A stretch of 64,000 nucleotides of DNA from an uncultured delta proteobacterium (GCA_963715335.1 CAVQRZ010000006.1:32001-96000), one strand, 5' to 3'. Counted from the stretch's first letter, positions 38,445 to 49,153 are shown. Program-made: numbers and translations. The notes: generated by a model not told the origin, from the letters alone.

Positions 38445-39797
38445 TCAACCAACTTTCGGTAAATGCGAGAGCGATTCCTTGATCGCTGCCTCAGGATATT
38501 CATAGTCCTGGAGCTCATTGTTGAAATAGGCGTCATAAGCGGCCATATCGACATGACCATGCCCCGAAAGGTTGAAGAGGATGGTTTTCTCCTTGCCTTC
38601 TTCCTTGGCCAGCAGAGCCTCGTCGATAGCGCCGCGAATGGCGTGAGACGACTCGGGGGCCGGGATGATCGACTCGGTGCGTGCGAACAGGACAGCGGCT
38701 TCGAAACAGGCAATCTGGTGGGCCGCCCGGGTTTCGACAACACCTTCGTGGACGAGTTGCGACACGAGCGGCGCAGCGCCGTGGTAGCGCAGGCCGCCGG
38801 CATGAATGCCGGGAGGCATAAAATCGTGGCCGAGAGTATACATGCGGGAAATCGGTGCCATCTTTGCCGTATCGCCATAATCGAACTCATACACACCCTT
38901 GGTCAGCGTCGGGCAGCTGGCCGGCTCCACCGCCAGGAGACGAACGTCCTTGCCATTGGCCTTGTCGGAAACAAACGGAAACGCAATGCCGGCGAAGTTG
39001 GAGCCGCCGCCGTGGCAACCGATCACCACGTCTGGGTAAGCGCCTGCGATCTTGAGCTGCTCTTTCGCCTCAAGACCGATAATTGTCTGGTGCAGGCAAA
39101 CGTGGTTGAGAACGCTGCCGAGAGAGTAGCGGGTGTCCTCATGGGTCGCGGCATCCTCCACTGCTTCACTGATTGCGATCCCCAGAGACCCCTGGTTGTC
39201 TGGATCGTCGGCAAGGATCGCCCGACCGGCATTGGTGCGGTCCGAAGGGGACGGGAAGACTTCTGCTCCCCACAGCTGCATCATGCTTTTGCGGTAAGGC
39301 TTCTGGCCATAGGAGACCTTGACCATATAGACCGTACACTCGAGGCCGAAGTGCTGGCAGGCCATCGCGATTGACGAGCCCCACTGCCCCGCGCCGGTTT
39401 CGGAAGCAATCCGCTTGGTCCCGGCGATCTTGTTGTAGTAGGCCTGCGGGACAGCGGTATTCGGTTTGTGAGAACCGGCCGGAGAGACGCCTTCGTACTT
39501 GTAGTATATCTTGGCCGGCGTCCCAAGAGCTTTTTCCAGTTGGTGCGCCCGGTACAGGGGAGACGGCCGCCACTGCTTGTAAACCTCCAGGATCTCTTCC
39601 GGGATATCAATCCAGCGCTGCTGGGAGACCTCCTGCTCAATGAGGCCCATCGGGAAGAGCGGCAACAGGTCATCCGGGGTGACCGGCTGCAAGGTTCCCG
39701 GATGAAGCACCGGAGCCATCTGCCCTGGCATGTCGGGGATGATATTGTACCACTGTCGGGGCATCTGGTCTTCGTTGAGAAGGATTTTAGTCTGCAT
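38445..39797 (-). CDS. trpB2: TrpB-like PLP enzyme (TrpB2)
   Basis: [42 protein letters not shown]. Confidence 0.93.
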   Translation of the reverse strand: MQTKILLNEDQMPRQWYNIIPDMPGQMAPVLHPGTLQPVTPDDLLPLFPMGLIEQEVSQQRWIDIPEEILEVYKQWRPSPLYRAHQLEKALGTPAKIYYKYEGVSPAGSHKPNTAVPQAYYNKIAGTKRIASETGAGQWGSSIAMACQHFGLECTVYMVKVSYGQKPYRKSMMQLWGAEVFPSPSDRTNAGRAILADDPDNQGSLGIAISEAVEDAATHEDTRYSLGSVLNHVCLHQTIIGLEAKEQLKIAGAYPDVVIGCHGGGSNFAGIAFPFVSDKANGKDVRLLAVEPASCPTLTKGVYEFDYGDTAKMAPISRMYTLGHDFMPPGIHAGGLRYHGAAPLVSQLVHEGVVETRAAHQIACFEAAVLFARTESIIPAPESSHAIRGAIDEALLAKEEGKEKTILFNLSGHGHVDMAAYDAYFNNELQDYEYPEAAIKESLSHLPKVG

Positions 39798-39843
39798 GAG
39801 ATATCTCCTTGACGTTGGTGTTATCGTACAATGTCGTTACGAC

Positions 39844-40638
39844 TCAGTCTGTTTGGCCTTGCAGCTCTCTCAATTTGGCGCCGATATCGTCTTCGCGCAT
39901 CAACGCTTCACCGACCAGGAACCCCCTGGCACCGGCCTGCTGCAGGCGCTTGACATCAGCGCGGCAGGCAATGCCGCTTTCGGCGACCACAAAATGACCG
40001 GCAGGGATCAGTGGCAACAGCCGCTCCGTGGTGGCCAGGTCGGTTTCAAAGGTCTGCAGATTGCGATTGTTGATGCCGACCAGCTCGCAGCCGGTCTCGA
40101 GGACCATCAGCAACTCAGCCTCGTCATGCACTTCCATCAGGACGTCGAGATGCAGTTCCTTCGCCAGTGCATTGTACTCTGCAAGCTGTCCTGCATCAAG
40201 CATGGCGGCAATCAGCAGGATGGCATCGGCACCGGCTGCCCGCGCTTCGTAAATCTGGTACGGATCACAGATGAAGTCCTTGCGCAACAGCGGCAGGTTG
40301 ACAACTTCACGGATTTTGCCGAGATACTGCAGGTGTCCCATGAAGAAGTGCTCGTCGGTCAGGACCGACAGGCAGGTCGCGCCATTGTCCTGGTAGATCT
40401 CAGCAATCGCCAGGGGGTCGAAATCCTCGCGGATCACCCCCTTGCTCGGCGAACCCTTCTTGACTTCGGCGATCACTGCCGTCCAGCCCGATTCGGCAGT
40501 GGCTCTCAGGGCGCGCAGAAATCCTCTGGGCTGGTCTTCCCGTTCACCGATGCCTCTTTGCAGAGAATCGAGGGAACGGCGTTGCTTCGCCAGGGCAACT
40601 TCACGGAGCTTGTGCTCGGCAATCTTATCGAGAATCAT
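39844..40638 (-). CDS. trpC: Indole-3-glycerol phosphate synthase
   Basis: IAEVKKGSPSKG, LRKDF, GINNRNL, AESG. Confidence 0.96.
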   Translation of the reverse strand: MILDKIAEHKLREVALAKQRRSLDSLQRGIGEREDQPRGFLRALRATAESGWTAVIAEVKKGSPSKGVIREDFDPLAIAEIYQDNGATCLSVLTDEHFFMGHLQYLGKIREVVNLPLLRKDFICDPYQIYEARAAGADAILLIAAMLDAGQLAEYNALAKELHLDVLMEVHDEAELLMVLETGCELVGINNRNLQTFETDLATTERLLPLIPAGHFVVAESGIACRADVKRLQQAGARGFLVGEALMREDDIGAKLRELQGQTD

Positions 40639-40664
40639 AGCAGTATAAAATCTCGCCGTAGCGA

Positions 40665-41714
40665 TCAGGCGTTGGTCATGTCGACCAGGCTGTCTAGCCG
40701 GGCCATGGCCAGGCCGTCATCGATCGCGGCCCGGGCCTTTTCGAGCCCCGTCTCGACGTCTTTGATCAGACCGGAAGCAAGCAAGGCATAGGCTGCGTTC
40801 AAAAGGACAACGTCCCGTTTCGGACCGGGCTTGCCGCCCAGGACATCCTTGACAATCTCGGCATTTGCAGCAGCATCACCGCCCTGCAGGTCGACAAGAG
40901 CGCAACGGCGGAGGCCGAAATCTTCCGGTTCAATCGTCGAAAGGGTCACGCTGCCGTCGCAGATTTCACCGATCCGCGTCGGTCCGGTCAGAGTCACTTC
41001 ATCCATACCATCCAGGCCATGGACGACAAAACCACGCTGGCAGCCGAGCTTGACCAGAACTCTGGCCATAACATCCACCAACTTCTCGTCATAAACGCCA
41101 AGGACCTGGCGGTCGGCACCTGCAGGGTTGGTCAGGGGACCTAGAATATTGAAAACTGTCCGGATGCCGATTTCTCGGCGCGGGCCGATCGCATGCTTCA
41201 TCGCGCCATGCAGAGCCGGGGCAAACAGGAAACCGACACCGATCTCTTTGATGCATGACTCGACCTGTTGCGGGGTCACGTTCAGGTTGACGCCGAGAGC
41301 CTCGAGGACATCGGCGCTGCCGCAGGCTGACGAGATGCTGCGGTTGCCGTGTTTGGCCACCTTGACGCCACAGGCGGAGACGACAAAGGCAACCGTCGTC
41401 GAAATGTTGAAGCTCCTGGTCCCGCTGCCACCCGTACCGCAGGTATCAAGGATTGTCTCGCGGTCCAGATTGATCTCTTCACGGTCAATGTCCAGGGCCT
41501 TGCCAACCCGAATTGGTGTCGCATGATCGCGCATGACCCGGGCCGCCCCGGCAATCTCATCGATCGTCTCGCCTTTCATGCGCAGTGCGGTAATGAACGA
41601 ACCGACCTGGGCCGGAGTCGCCTCGCCGCCCATGATCTGGTTCATTACCTCGATCATCTCGGTTTCGCTCAGATCCTGTCCGACCACAACCTTGCCAATC
41701 GCTTCCTTGATCAT
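40665..41714 (-). CDS. trpD: Anthranilate phosphoribosyltransferase
   Basis: DTCGTGG, FNISTT, KHGNR, GSADVLE, GPLTNP. Confidence 0.96.
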   Translation of the reverse strand: MIKEAIGKVVVGQDLSETEMIEVMNQIMGGEATPAQVGSFITALRMKGETIDEIAGAARVMRDHATPIRVGKALDIDREEINLDRETILDTCGTGGSGTRSFNISTTVAFVVSACGVKVAKHGNRSISSACGSADVLEALGVNLNVTPQQVESCIKEIGVGFLFAPALHGAMKHAIGPRREIGIRTVFNILGPLTNPAGADRQVLGVYDEKLVDVMARVLVKLGCQRGFVVHGLDGMDEVTLTGPTRIGEICDGSVTLSTIEPEDFGLRRCALVDLQGGDAAANAEIVKDVLGGKPGPKRDVVLLNAAYALLASGLIKDVETGLEKARAAIDDGLAMARLDSLVDMTNA

Positions 41715-41733
41715 TTCTGCTCCTGAGAACTCA

Positions 41734-41812
41734 AGGTATCCAGTATCCAGGATTCAGAATGCAGAATTCGGAGGAAACCATGTTGATTCTGAATACTGAG
41801 TACTGGATTCTG
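41734..41812. repeat. Inverted arms of degenerate heptamer tandem repeats (CAGWATY) in the trpG-trpD spacer
   Basis: aggtatc cagtatc caggatt cagaatg cagaatt ... gattctg aatactg agtactg gattctg. Confidence 0.8.
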
Positions 41813-41814
41813 CC

Positions 41815-42384
41815 TTACTTTGTCATCCCGAGAAAATTCCGCAAGATGTCCATGCCGGCCACTGTCAATATCGACTCCGGGTGAAACTGCATACCCCAGA
41901 TGGCCAGTTCGTGGTGGCGCAGGCCCATGATCTCCCCCTCGTTTGTCCAGGCCGTAATTTCCAGGCATTCCGGGAAAGAACTTCTTTCGATCAGCAGGGA
42001 ATGGTAGCGGGTCGCGTCAAACGGGTTGGGCAGGCCTTCAAACAGCTCGCGATTGTCATGAAAAATCGGACTGGTCTTGCCGTGCATGAGTCGCTCTGCA
42101 CGAACGATCCGGCCGCCGAAAGCCTGGCCGATCGATTGGTGGCCAAGACAGACGCCGAGGATCGGCAGCTTGCCGGCAAAATACCTGATAGCGTCAACAG
42201 ACACTCCTGCCTCGTTCGGGGTACACGGGCCGGGCGAAATGACCAGGCGTTGAGGCTGGAGGGCTTCAATCTCGGCCAGGCTGATCTTGTCGTTGCGGTA
42301 AACAACGACTTCCTCACCCAGCTCGCGCAGATATTGCACAAGGTTGTAGGTAAAGGAATCATAATTATCGATCATCAACAGCAT
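41815..42384 (-). CDS. trpG: Anthranilate synthase component II (glutamine amidotransferase)
   Basis: [34 protein letters not shown]. Confidence 0.95.
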   Translation of the reverse strand: MLLMIDNYDSFTYNLVQYLRELGEEVVVYRNDKISLAEIEALQPQRLVISPGPCTPNEAGVSVDAIRYFAGKLPILGVCLGHQSIGQAFGGRIVRAERLMHGKTSPIFHDNRELFEGLPNPFDATRYHSLLIERSSFPECLEITAWTNEGEIMGLRHHELAIWGMQFHPESILTVAGMDILRNFLGMTK

Positions 42385-42385
42385 T

Positions 42386-43867
42386 TCAGTCTAACCCCTG
42401 ACGGGCCAGCTCAACAGCTTTTTTTACGCCCATCGCCTTGTTGACAGTTTCTTCATATTCTGCCGCCGGGTTTGAATCGGCGACGATACCGGCGCCGGCC
42501 TGAAGATGAATCCGGTTCTCGTGGGCCACCAGGGTTCTGATGGCTATGGCCAGGTCCATGTTGCCGTCGAACGATATATAACCGACCGCGCCGCCGTAAA
42601 TTTCCCGACGCACCGGTTCAAGCTCTTCGATGATTTCCATGGCACGAATCTTCGGTGCCCCGCTTAATGTCCCCGCCGGGAAGGTGGCCGAAAAAACATC
42701 CAGGGCGTCATATCCCGGCAGCAGCTGCCCGCTCACGTTAGAAACGATATGCATGACGTGCGAATAGCGCTCGACCACCATCAGTTCGTCAACCTGCACC
42801 GAGCCGGTTGCGCAGACCCTGCCAAGATCGTTGCGGCCGAGATCGACCAGCATGATGTGCTCTGCGCGCTCCTTCGGATCGGCCAGCAGCTCTTTCTCAA
42901 ACGCCTGGTCTTCGTCGAAGCTTGCACCGCGCGGCCGGGTTCCGGCGATCGGCCGGACCTCGACATGGTTCCCTTCCTTGCGTACCAGGACTTCCGGAGA
43001 GGCCCCGATCACCCGGGTTTCGTTGAACTGCAGATAGAACATGTACGGCGACGGGTTGATCGTTCGCAGGGCCCGGTAGACATCGAACGGATCAGCGTCG
43101 AGGTCGCCGGAGAATCTTTGCGACAGGACCACCTGGATTACATCGCCGGCGCGGACGTAATCCTTGCAGTCTTCAACGGCCGCTTCGAAACCGGCCCTGC
43201 TGAAATTGGATTGCAGCTCCCTCGAAGTGATGCGTCGCGCGTGACCGGAACGTTCCGGTAACGGCTTGCGCAACTGCGCAACCATACCCTCAATACGCTT
43301 GACCGCCAGGTCGTAAGACTGGCCGGGGTCATCGCCGTCGCACAGGTGGACATTGCTGATGACCTTGATCTTCTGTTGCATGTTATCGAAAATCAGCAGG
43401 GTCTCGGTAATCAGGAACCAGCTGTCATAAGTGCCCATTTCGGCATCATTAAGTTCCGGCAATTCCTCGATGTGTCGGACCATATCGTAGCCCAGGTAAC
43501 CCACCGCACCACCGAAGAAACGTGGCAGTTCAGGCAGGGCTACCGGCTTGTAGGGGGAGAGGAAGCGCTTCAGTTCGACCAGGGGATTAGTTGACGCCCC
43601 GGATTCTGTCGCCACCCCGTTTTCGAGAATTTCAAATTGGTCGCCGCGACAGCGGAAAGCGCGCCCGGAGCCGACGCCGAGAAAGGAATAACGTGCCCAC
43701 TTCTCGCCACCGGCGATACTTTCGAGCAGAAATGCGCTCTGTCGATCGTCAATCTTGCAGAAAGCCGAAACCGGAGTTTCCATATCCGCGAGAATCTCCC
43801 GGTAAACCGGAATCAGATTCCCTTGGCAGGCTAGTTTTAAAAACTCTTCGCGAGAGGGGCAATACAT
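42386..43867 (-). CDS. trpE: Anthranilate synthase component I
   Basis: [37 protein letters not shown]. Confidence 0.96.
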   Translation of the reverse strand: MYCPSREEFLKLACQGNLIPVYREILADMETPVSAFCKIDDRQSAFLLESIAGGEKWARYSFLGVGSGRAFRCRGDQFEILENGVATESGASTNPLVELKRFLSPYKPVALPELPRFFGGAVGYLGYDMVRHIEELPELNDAEMGTYDSWFLITETLLIFDNMQQKIKVISNVHLCDGDDPGQSYDLAVKRIEGMVAQLRKPLPERSGHARRITSRELQSNFSRAGFEAAVEDCKDYVRAGDVIQVVLSQRFSGDLDADPFDVYRALRTINPSPYMFYLQFNETRVIGASPEVLVRKEGNHVEVRPIAGTRPRGASFDEDQAFEKELLADPKERAEHIMLVDLGRNDLGRVCATGSVQVDELMVVERYSHVMHIVSNVSGQLLPGYDALDVFSATFPAGTLSGAPKIRAMEIIEELEPVRREIYGGAVGYISFDGNMDLAIAIRTLVAHENRIHLQAGAGIVADSNPAAEYEETVNKAMGVKKAVELARQGLD

Positions 43868-43895
43868 ACTCTGTCCTTATCTGTGCAGCCGCGAC

Positions 43896-43924
43896 AAAGT
43901 AGCATGAAGACTGCGAAATGGCAA
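43896..43924 (-). promoter_or_regulatory. Sigma-70 promoter of the trp operon
   Basis: TTGCCA-17 nt (ending TGn)-TACTTT, 28 nt upstream of the trpE ATG. Confidence 0.6.
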
Positions 43925-44047
43925 GTCAGGGGGACAACTTACGGAATAAATGATTGACCGAAATCGGCTGACTTGATATGCATACCGGACGCGAATGGCA
44001 GCAGAATCAAAACGATCACCATGTCAAGCTTCGGAGAGCACTATCAA

Positions 44048-44485
44048 ATGATACGCGCAGCAAAAATGGACACCGTCAAAGTCCACTATACGGGTCGCCT
44101 GGAAGATGGCACTGTATTCGATCAGTCTACTGAAGATCGCCCCCTGCAATTCATACTGGGCCGTGAGGAGGTCATAGCCGGTTTCGATGAGGCTGTTGAA
44201 GGCATGTGCCAGGGTGAGAGTAAAAAAGTGACCGTACCGTTCGACAAAGCCTACGGCAAGAGCAAACCGGAATTGGTGGAAAAGGTGGAACGGAGCGCTT
44301 TGGGAGACAAGCTTGACCTGCAGGTAGGGGCCCAACTCGAGGTCACCAACCATGATGATACGACTTTCCGCTTGATGGTGCGTGAAGTTACTGAAGACCA
44401 TGTCACGCTCGATGCCAATCATCCATTGGCAGACAAGAACCTGACGTTTGAGATCGAACTTCTCGAGATCAAGAAAATGCGCTGA
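44048..44485 (+). CDS. FKBP-type peptidyl-prolyl isomerase (SlyD-like, no His-rich tail)
   Basis: VHYTGRLEDGTVFD, AYG, LDANHPLA; start ATG 44048 behind GGAG. Confidence 0.9.
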   Translation: MIRAAKMDTVKVHYTGRLEDGTVFDQSTEDRPLQFILGREEVIAGFDEAVEGMCQGESKKVTVPFDKAYGKSKPELVEKVERSALGDKLDLQVGAQLEVTNHDDTTFRLMVREVTEDHVTLDANHPLADKNLTFEIELLEIKKMR

Positions 44486-44675
44486 CAGCCATCCCTGGGC
44501 CAACGGGAAATCCTTTGCTGATGGGGCATTGGTTTGCGGGATGATTCAAAGCGGTCCGATTGGGTTCTGCCGGTAATTACCGTTTGTAGCAATGATCAGG
44601 AGGATTTGATCTCCTGCAAGCGTGAAGACCCTGCGCGGAATTCATAAAGGCGCAAAGCGGAGTTTGTTTGCGCGC

Positions 44676-45404
44676 TCAAACTGATGGCTCGCTTCTCACC
44701 CATGCCTGGATACTAAGAATATCCAGTTTCTGTATCTCAGAAAATTCAAGACCCAGCCCGGACGACGCATGGTTTTTAAAATTATCTTTTCTGTTGATCC
44801 AGGCCACTCTCCCTTTGCACTTTATCAACGCCTTCTCCTGGCTGAGTTGAAACTCAAGGTGCAGTTCAGAGCCTGTCGCAAACTGCTCTTCGGTCTCTAA
44901 AAACACGCCACCCACGGATATGTCGAGAAGGGTCCCTAAAGACATTTCTTCTGGATTCTTGCCGAACTTTGCTGACGTTTTAATCGTCGATCTTTTGCCG
45001 GACCACCCTGGTAAACTCAAATATTGTTTACATATCTGGAGAACATTCTCCCTGGTTAACGGTTTGTGGATAACTTCATCGCATCCTGCGGTTTTACAAC
45101 GCTCTATATCTTTGGGATAGTTGCTGCTCGTCATCATGACAATTGGTGGAGGTCGCACGTCGGCAGCGCTCTTTATTTGTCTGCATGCTTCATCCCCGTC
45201 GCCTTCCGTCATGTACAAGTCCATCAGGATCAAATCTGTCTTGGTTTTTTTGACAATTTCAACAGCTTCGGGGCCGCTTCGTGCAAGCAGAATATTAACC
45301 TGCTCCCTCCGGAAAAGGTCTTTAGCCAGCCTGAGAAACAAGGGGGTGTCGTCTACAATCAAAAGAGTCTTTGAAAACATGGAAAGAATTTTTTTTGTAT
45401 ACAT
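44676..45404 (-). CDS. Response regulator receiver + PilZ domain protein
   Basis: LIVDD, LMDLYM, MMTS, HKP receiver motifs; DISVGG and GLGLEF PilZ motifs. Confidence 0.85.
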   Translation of the reverse strand: MYTKKILSMFSKTLLIVDDTPLFLRLAKDLFRREQVNILLARSGPEAVEIVKKTKTDLILMDLYMTEGDGDEACRQIKSAADVRPPPIVMMTSSNYPKDIERCKTAGCDEVIHKPLTRENVLQICKQYLSLPGWSGKRSTIKTSAKFGKNPEEMSLGTLLDISVGGVFLETEEQFATGSELHLEFQLSQEKALIKCKGRVAWINRKDNFKNHASSGLGLEFSEIQKLDILSIQAWVRSEPSV

Positions 45405-45656
45405 AGGGCTAATCCAATTTTTGGCAAAAAAAACCCGCCAGACAGCATCATGCGGACAATAGCGGTTTGGTGTTCATTGCTTATCTGCTTGCCTACTCAT
45501 CATCCCATCCCCCAGGCCAAACACCGCATCAAGACAAAACTAATCTACACTATAGGGTGCAACAAGGTAAAGATTTGCGTTTTATTTGTACCCCTGCACT
45601 ACTGCTTCGCATGTCAACTCATGCTTAGTAAAAAATTCTCGGAATGACTGATTTAC

Positions 45657-45742
45657 GAGAAAAGCCCCACGCCGGGAGGAGGCTGTGGGGCTGCAGGTTG
45701 CATTTTTATTGCGGAGGAGAACATGAATAAGTACGTCCCTTT
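45657..45742 (-). ncRNA. Candidate ~85-nt small RNA with CU-rich anti-Shine-Dalgarno motifs
   Basis: Promoter TTGACA-16-TAATAT directly upstream; ends in hairpin agccccac(a)gcc-tcctccc-ggcgtggggct-tttctc; no complete ORF inside. Confidence 0.6.
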
Positions 45743-45748
45743 AACGAT

Positions 45749-45776
45749 ATATTACTGGCTTGGTCATGTATGTCAA
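45749..45776 (-). promoter_or_regulatory. Sigma-70 promoter of the candidate sRNA
   Basis: TTGACA-16 nt-TAATAT. Confidence 0.65.
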
Positions 45777-45864
45777 GCGGGAAATAGACACCCCTTAAAT
45801 TCTGCCAGAGCTGTCTGGTCTCAGCCAGGACAACAATTTGATAACGACACAGAACAGCAACAAC

Positions 45865-45901
45865 AAAAGAAAGGCGAGATGGAATCATCTCGCCTTTCTT
45901 T
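45865..45901 (-). terminator. Terminator of the ribosomal superoperon
   Basis: aaagaaaggcgagatg-gaat-catctcgcctttcttt perfect inverted repeat just after rplQ. Confidence 0.85.
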
Positions 45902-45906
45902 GTCGT

Positions 45907-46416
45907 CTACATTTTGCGCAACCATTTATCAGTCTTTTTTCGCTTCCTCAGCAGGGGCTTCCTCAGCAGGGGCTTCCTCAACAACCGGGGGCACCTCGAC
46001 ATCGCAGGTTTAGCCGCCTTCTTTGCGGGAGCTTTCTTCTTTTTCGGCTTGGCAGTGAACTCCTCTTCGACCAGTTCGATGACCGACAGGGAGGCGTTGT
46101 CACCGGAGCGGTGACCAAGCTTGATAATTCTCGTGTAACCGCCAGGACGCTCAGTATAGCGTGGCGCAATCGTATCAAACAGCTTATCAACGATTTTCTT
46201 GTCACGGACGACCTGCATGACGAGACGACGGGAGTGCAGGTCGCCACGCCTTGCCATGGTAATCAACTTTTCGGCCATCTTGCGCAGTTCCTTGGCACGG
46301 GCATCAGTCGTGGTGATCTTGCCGTGTTCAAAAAACGAGGTCACCATGTTGCGCATCATGGCTTTGCGATGACTGGTGTTGCGGCCCAGCCGCTTACCGG
46401 ATTTCATATGACGCAT
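45907..46416 (-). CDS. rplQ: 50S ribosomal protein L17 (C-terminal tail apparently frameshifted)
   Basis: MRH...[29 protein letters not shown]. Confidence 0.95.
   Translation of the reverse strand: MRHMKSGKRLGRNTSHRKAMMRNMVTSFFEHGKITTTDARAKELRKMAEKLITMARRGDLHSRRLVMQVVRDKKIVDKLFDTIAPRYTERPGGYTRIIKLGHRSGDNASLSVIELVEEEFTAKPKKKKAPAKKAAKPAMSRCPRLLRKPLLRKPLLRKRKKTDKWLRKM
45942..45980. repeat. 15-bp tandem repeat (2.6 copies) in the rplQ tail
   Basis: gcttcctcagcaggg x2 + gcttcctca; encodes EEAPA repeats in the shifted frame. Confidence 0.85.
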
Positions 46417-46463
46417 TGGTATCAGATCCTTTCTCTATATAACCTTCCGGCAGGGGCAGCACC

Positions 46464-47483
46464 CTAGAGCTCTTCTTCGCTCTTTTCGATCATTTTCAGA
46501 TATTCGGGATCCGGGAAACCGTCCAGGGCAATGCCGAGGGTCAATCCCATTTCAGAAAGAATATCCTTGATCTCGTTAAGTGACTTGCGACCGAAATTCT
46601 GTGTTTTCAGCATTTCCGCCTCGGACTTTTGCACGAGTTCACCGATCAGGCGGATGTTGGCATTCTTCAGGCAGTTGGCACTGCGTACCGAGAGCTCGAG
46701 TTCATCTACCCTGCGGTAGAGGTTTTCATTGACCGGCGGCTTGCCGCCCTCTTTTTCTTCCGGCTCATCCGGTTCGAGAGCTTCATCAAAATTGATGAAC
46801 AGCTGTACCTGCTCCTTGATAATTTTGGCTGCATATGCCAGTGCATCATCAGGCTTGGCGCTGCCGTCTGTATAAATCTCAAGGATCAGTTTGTCGTAGT
46901 CAGTAACCTGACCGACACGAGCATTGCTGACCGTAAAATTGACTTTCCTGATCGGTGAAAAAATCGCATCGATCGGAATCGTACCGACCGGAGCCTTTTC
47001 GTCACGATTGCGCTCTGCGGCACCGTAACCCTTACCCATGGCCACAAGCATATCTATTTCGACGTCGGCTTCCTTGCCACAGGTTGCTATATAGTGGTCG
47101 GGATTCACGATCGCCACATTCGAGTCAGTGACAATATCACCGGCAGTAATGACACCGGCACCCCTTTTGACAATCCGAACATTACGGGCTTCGTGTCCGT
47201 GCAACTCGAGCAGGACGCCTTTGAGATTGAGGATGATGTCCGTCACATCTTCCGTCACACCAGGGATCGTGGAAAACTCATGCAGCACACCCTTGATGCG
47301 AACAGATGTGATTGCCGCTCCCTGTAGTGAAGAGAGCAGAACCCGGCGCAATGCATTTCCCATGGTCGTGCCGAAACCACGTTCAAACGGCTCTGCGGTA
47401 AATTTTCCGTAGGTTTCCGTCAGTGAATCGGCATCAACCTGGAGACGCTTGGGTTTAATCAGTTCTCTCCAGTTTTTGTACAT
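46464..47483 (-). CDS. rpoA: RNA polymerase alpha subunit
   Basis: [35 protein letters not shown]. Confidence 0.98.
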   Translation of the reverse strand: MYKNWRELIKPKRLQVDADSLTETYGKFTAEPFERGFGTTMGNALRRVLLSSLQGAAITSVRIKGVLHEFSTIPGVTEDVTDIILNLKGVLLELHGHEARNVRIVKRGAGVITAGDIVTDSNVAIVNPDHYIATCGKEADVEIDMLVAMGKGYGAAERNRDEKAPVGTIPIDAIFSPIRKVNFTVSNARVGQVTDYDKLILEIYTDGSAKPDDALAYAAKIIKEQVQLFINFDEALEPDEPEEKEGGKPPVNENLYRRVDELELSVRSANCLKNANIRLIGELVQKSEAEMLKTQNFGRKSLNEIKDILSEMGLTLGIALDGFPDPEYLKMIEKSEEEL

Positions 47484-47540
47484 GCGAATCCTCCGTTATG
47501 AGGTTGCGTTAAAGTTTTAAACCGCCAGAATGGCTGACGA

Positions 47541-48170
47541 TTACTTCGAGTAGAGCTCGACGATCAGGTGTTCCTGGAAGCTCGGAGTCGTCATTTCTGC
47601 GCGGACCGGCAACGTTTTGACCGTCCCCTGGAATGCATCGCGGGTCAAGTCGACCCAAGACGGGATGCCACGGCGCATAACACCATCAAGAGCCTCGTTG
47701 ATACGAGTGATCTTGCGGCTTTTTTCGCGCAGTTCAACAACATCTCCCGGACGTACAAGATACGAAGGGATATTCACCTTACGGCCGTTGACGGTAAAGT
47801 GAGTGTGACGAACCAGCTGTCGAGCCTCACTTCGTGAAGTCGCAAAGCCCATACGGTAAACCATGCTGTCCAGGCGGCGCTCAAGCAGGATCAGGAGGTT
47901 CTCGCCGGTCACGCCTTTCATGCGGTCAGCTTTGACGAAGTACTCGCGGAACTGCTTTTCAAGCAGACCATAAGTGCGCTTGACCCGCTGCTTCTCGCGC
48001 AGCTGTGTGCCGTAGTCAGAAACTTTAATACGGCCCTGGCCGTGTTGGCCCGGGGCGTAATTGCGACGTTCCAAGGCGCATTTATCGGTGTAACACCGAT
48101 CGCCTTTCAGGAACAGCTTCATATTTTCCCGCCGGCACATGCGGCAAACGGGTCCAGTGTGTCTCGCCAA
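47541..48170 (-). CDS. rpsD: 30S ribosomal protein S4 (Cys-containing form; TTG start)
   Basis: CRMCRRE, QLREKQ, LERRLD, VELYSK. Confidence 0.97.
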   Translation of the reverse strand: MARHTGPVCRMCRRENMKLFLKGDRCYTDKCALERRNYAPGQHGQGRIKVSDYGTQLREKQRVKRTYGLLEKQFREYFVKADRMKGVTGENLLILLERRLDSMVYRMGFATSRSEARQLVRHTHFTVNGRKVNIPSYLVRPGDVVELREKSRKITRINEALDGVMRRGIPSWVDLTRDAFQGTVKTLPVRAEMTTPSFQEHLIVELYSK

Positions 48171-48192
48171 CGTTCGTTCTCCTTATGACTTG

Positions 48193-48585
48193 TTAGACTC
48201 TTCTACGCTTCGGCGGACGGCATCCGTTATGGGGAATCGGAGTGACATCCTTGATCATTGTGATCGTCAGGCCAACTGCCTGCAGAGCCCGCAAGGCGGA
48301 CTCACGCCCGGAGCCTGGACCCTTGACCCAGACCTCAACACTACGCAGGCCATGCTCCCGGGCTTTGTTTGCAGCATCTTCAGCAGCCATTTGGGCAGCA
48401 AAAGGAGTACTCTTACGACTCCCTCTGAAACCTTTCGACCCTGAAGTACACCAGGAGATGACATTACCCGTTACGTCAGTAATGGTAACAATCGTATTGT
48501 TGAATGTCGCCTGAATATGGGCAATTCCATTCGTTATATTCTTCTTTTCAACCTTTTTGCGTACACGCTTGCCAGGCTTGGCCAT
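48193..48585 (-). CDS. rpsK: 30S ribosomal protein S11
   Basis: [29 protein letters not shown]. Confidence 0.98.
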   Translation of the reverse strand: MAKPGKRVRKKVEKKNITNGIAHIQATFNNTIVTITDVTGNVISWCTSGSKGFRGSRKSTPFAAQMAAEDAANKAREHGLRSVEVWVKGPGSGRESALRALQAVGLTITMIKDVTPIPHNGCRPPKRRRV

Positions 48586-48596
48586 GGTTCCTCCTG

Positions 48597-48965
48597 TTAC
48601 TTCTTCTTACCGGCGACAGTCTTGCGAGGACCCTTGCGGGTTCTGGCATTTGTCTTGGTTTTCTGTCCACGCACCGGCAAACCTCGACGATGGCGCAGAC
48701 CACGATAGCAGCCGAGGTCCATGAGTCGCTTGATGTTCATCGTCACTTCACGACGCAAATCACCCTCAACCTTGTACTCGCTGTCAATAACCTTACGGAT
48801 CTTGGCAACTTCATCCTCAGTCAAATTGTCCGAGCGGGTGTTAAAGTCAACACCTGCCTTCGACAGGATTTCCTGGGATGCAGAACGCCCGACACCGTAG
48901 ACGTAGGTCAGGGCAACTTCAATCCGTTTGTTTCTGGGTAAATCGATACCAGCAATACGAGCCAA
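48597..48965 (-). CDS. rpsM: 30S ribosomal protein S13 (TTG start)
   Basis: [25 protein letters not shown]. Confidence 0.98.
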   Translation of the reverse strand: MARIAGIDLPRNKRIEVALTYVYGVGRSASQEILSKAGVDFNTRSDNLTEDEVAKIRKVIDSEYKVEGDLRREVTMNIKRLMDLGCYRGLRHRRGLPVRGQKTKTNARTRKGPRKTVAGKKK

Positions 48966-48986
48966 TGTCCGATCCTCCTAATATCC

Positions 48987-49100
48987 TTAGCCTTGTCTCT
49001 GTTTATGCTTGGGGTTTTCGCAGATAACTCTGACGACTCCCTTGCGCTTGACTATCTTGCACTTGTCACAAATTGTTTTTACTGATGCTCGGACTTTCAT
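48987..49100 (-). CDS. rpmJ: 50S ribosomal protein L36 (not in ORF track)
   Basis: Hand translation [37 protein letters not shown]. Confidence 0.97.
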   Translation of the reverse strand: MKVRASVKTICDKCKIVKRKGVVRVICENPKHKQRQG

Positions 49101-49153
49101 GTTTCTTCCCTTTAAACTGTCGCTTTGATCGCGAAGGGCTTCACCTTCACTGC

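Noticed and set aside
41734..41812. CRISPR-like array
   Set aside because: 7-nt units without spacers; no cas genes
45723..46013. Plus-strand 96-aa ORF with a GGAGG SD (possible type I toxin antisense to the sRNA)
   Set aside because: Runs through a strong bidirectional terminator into antisense rplQ and has no TM helix; the SD is better explained as the complement of the sRNA anti-SD motif
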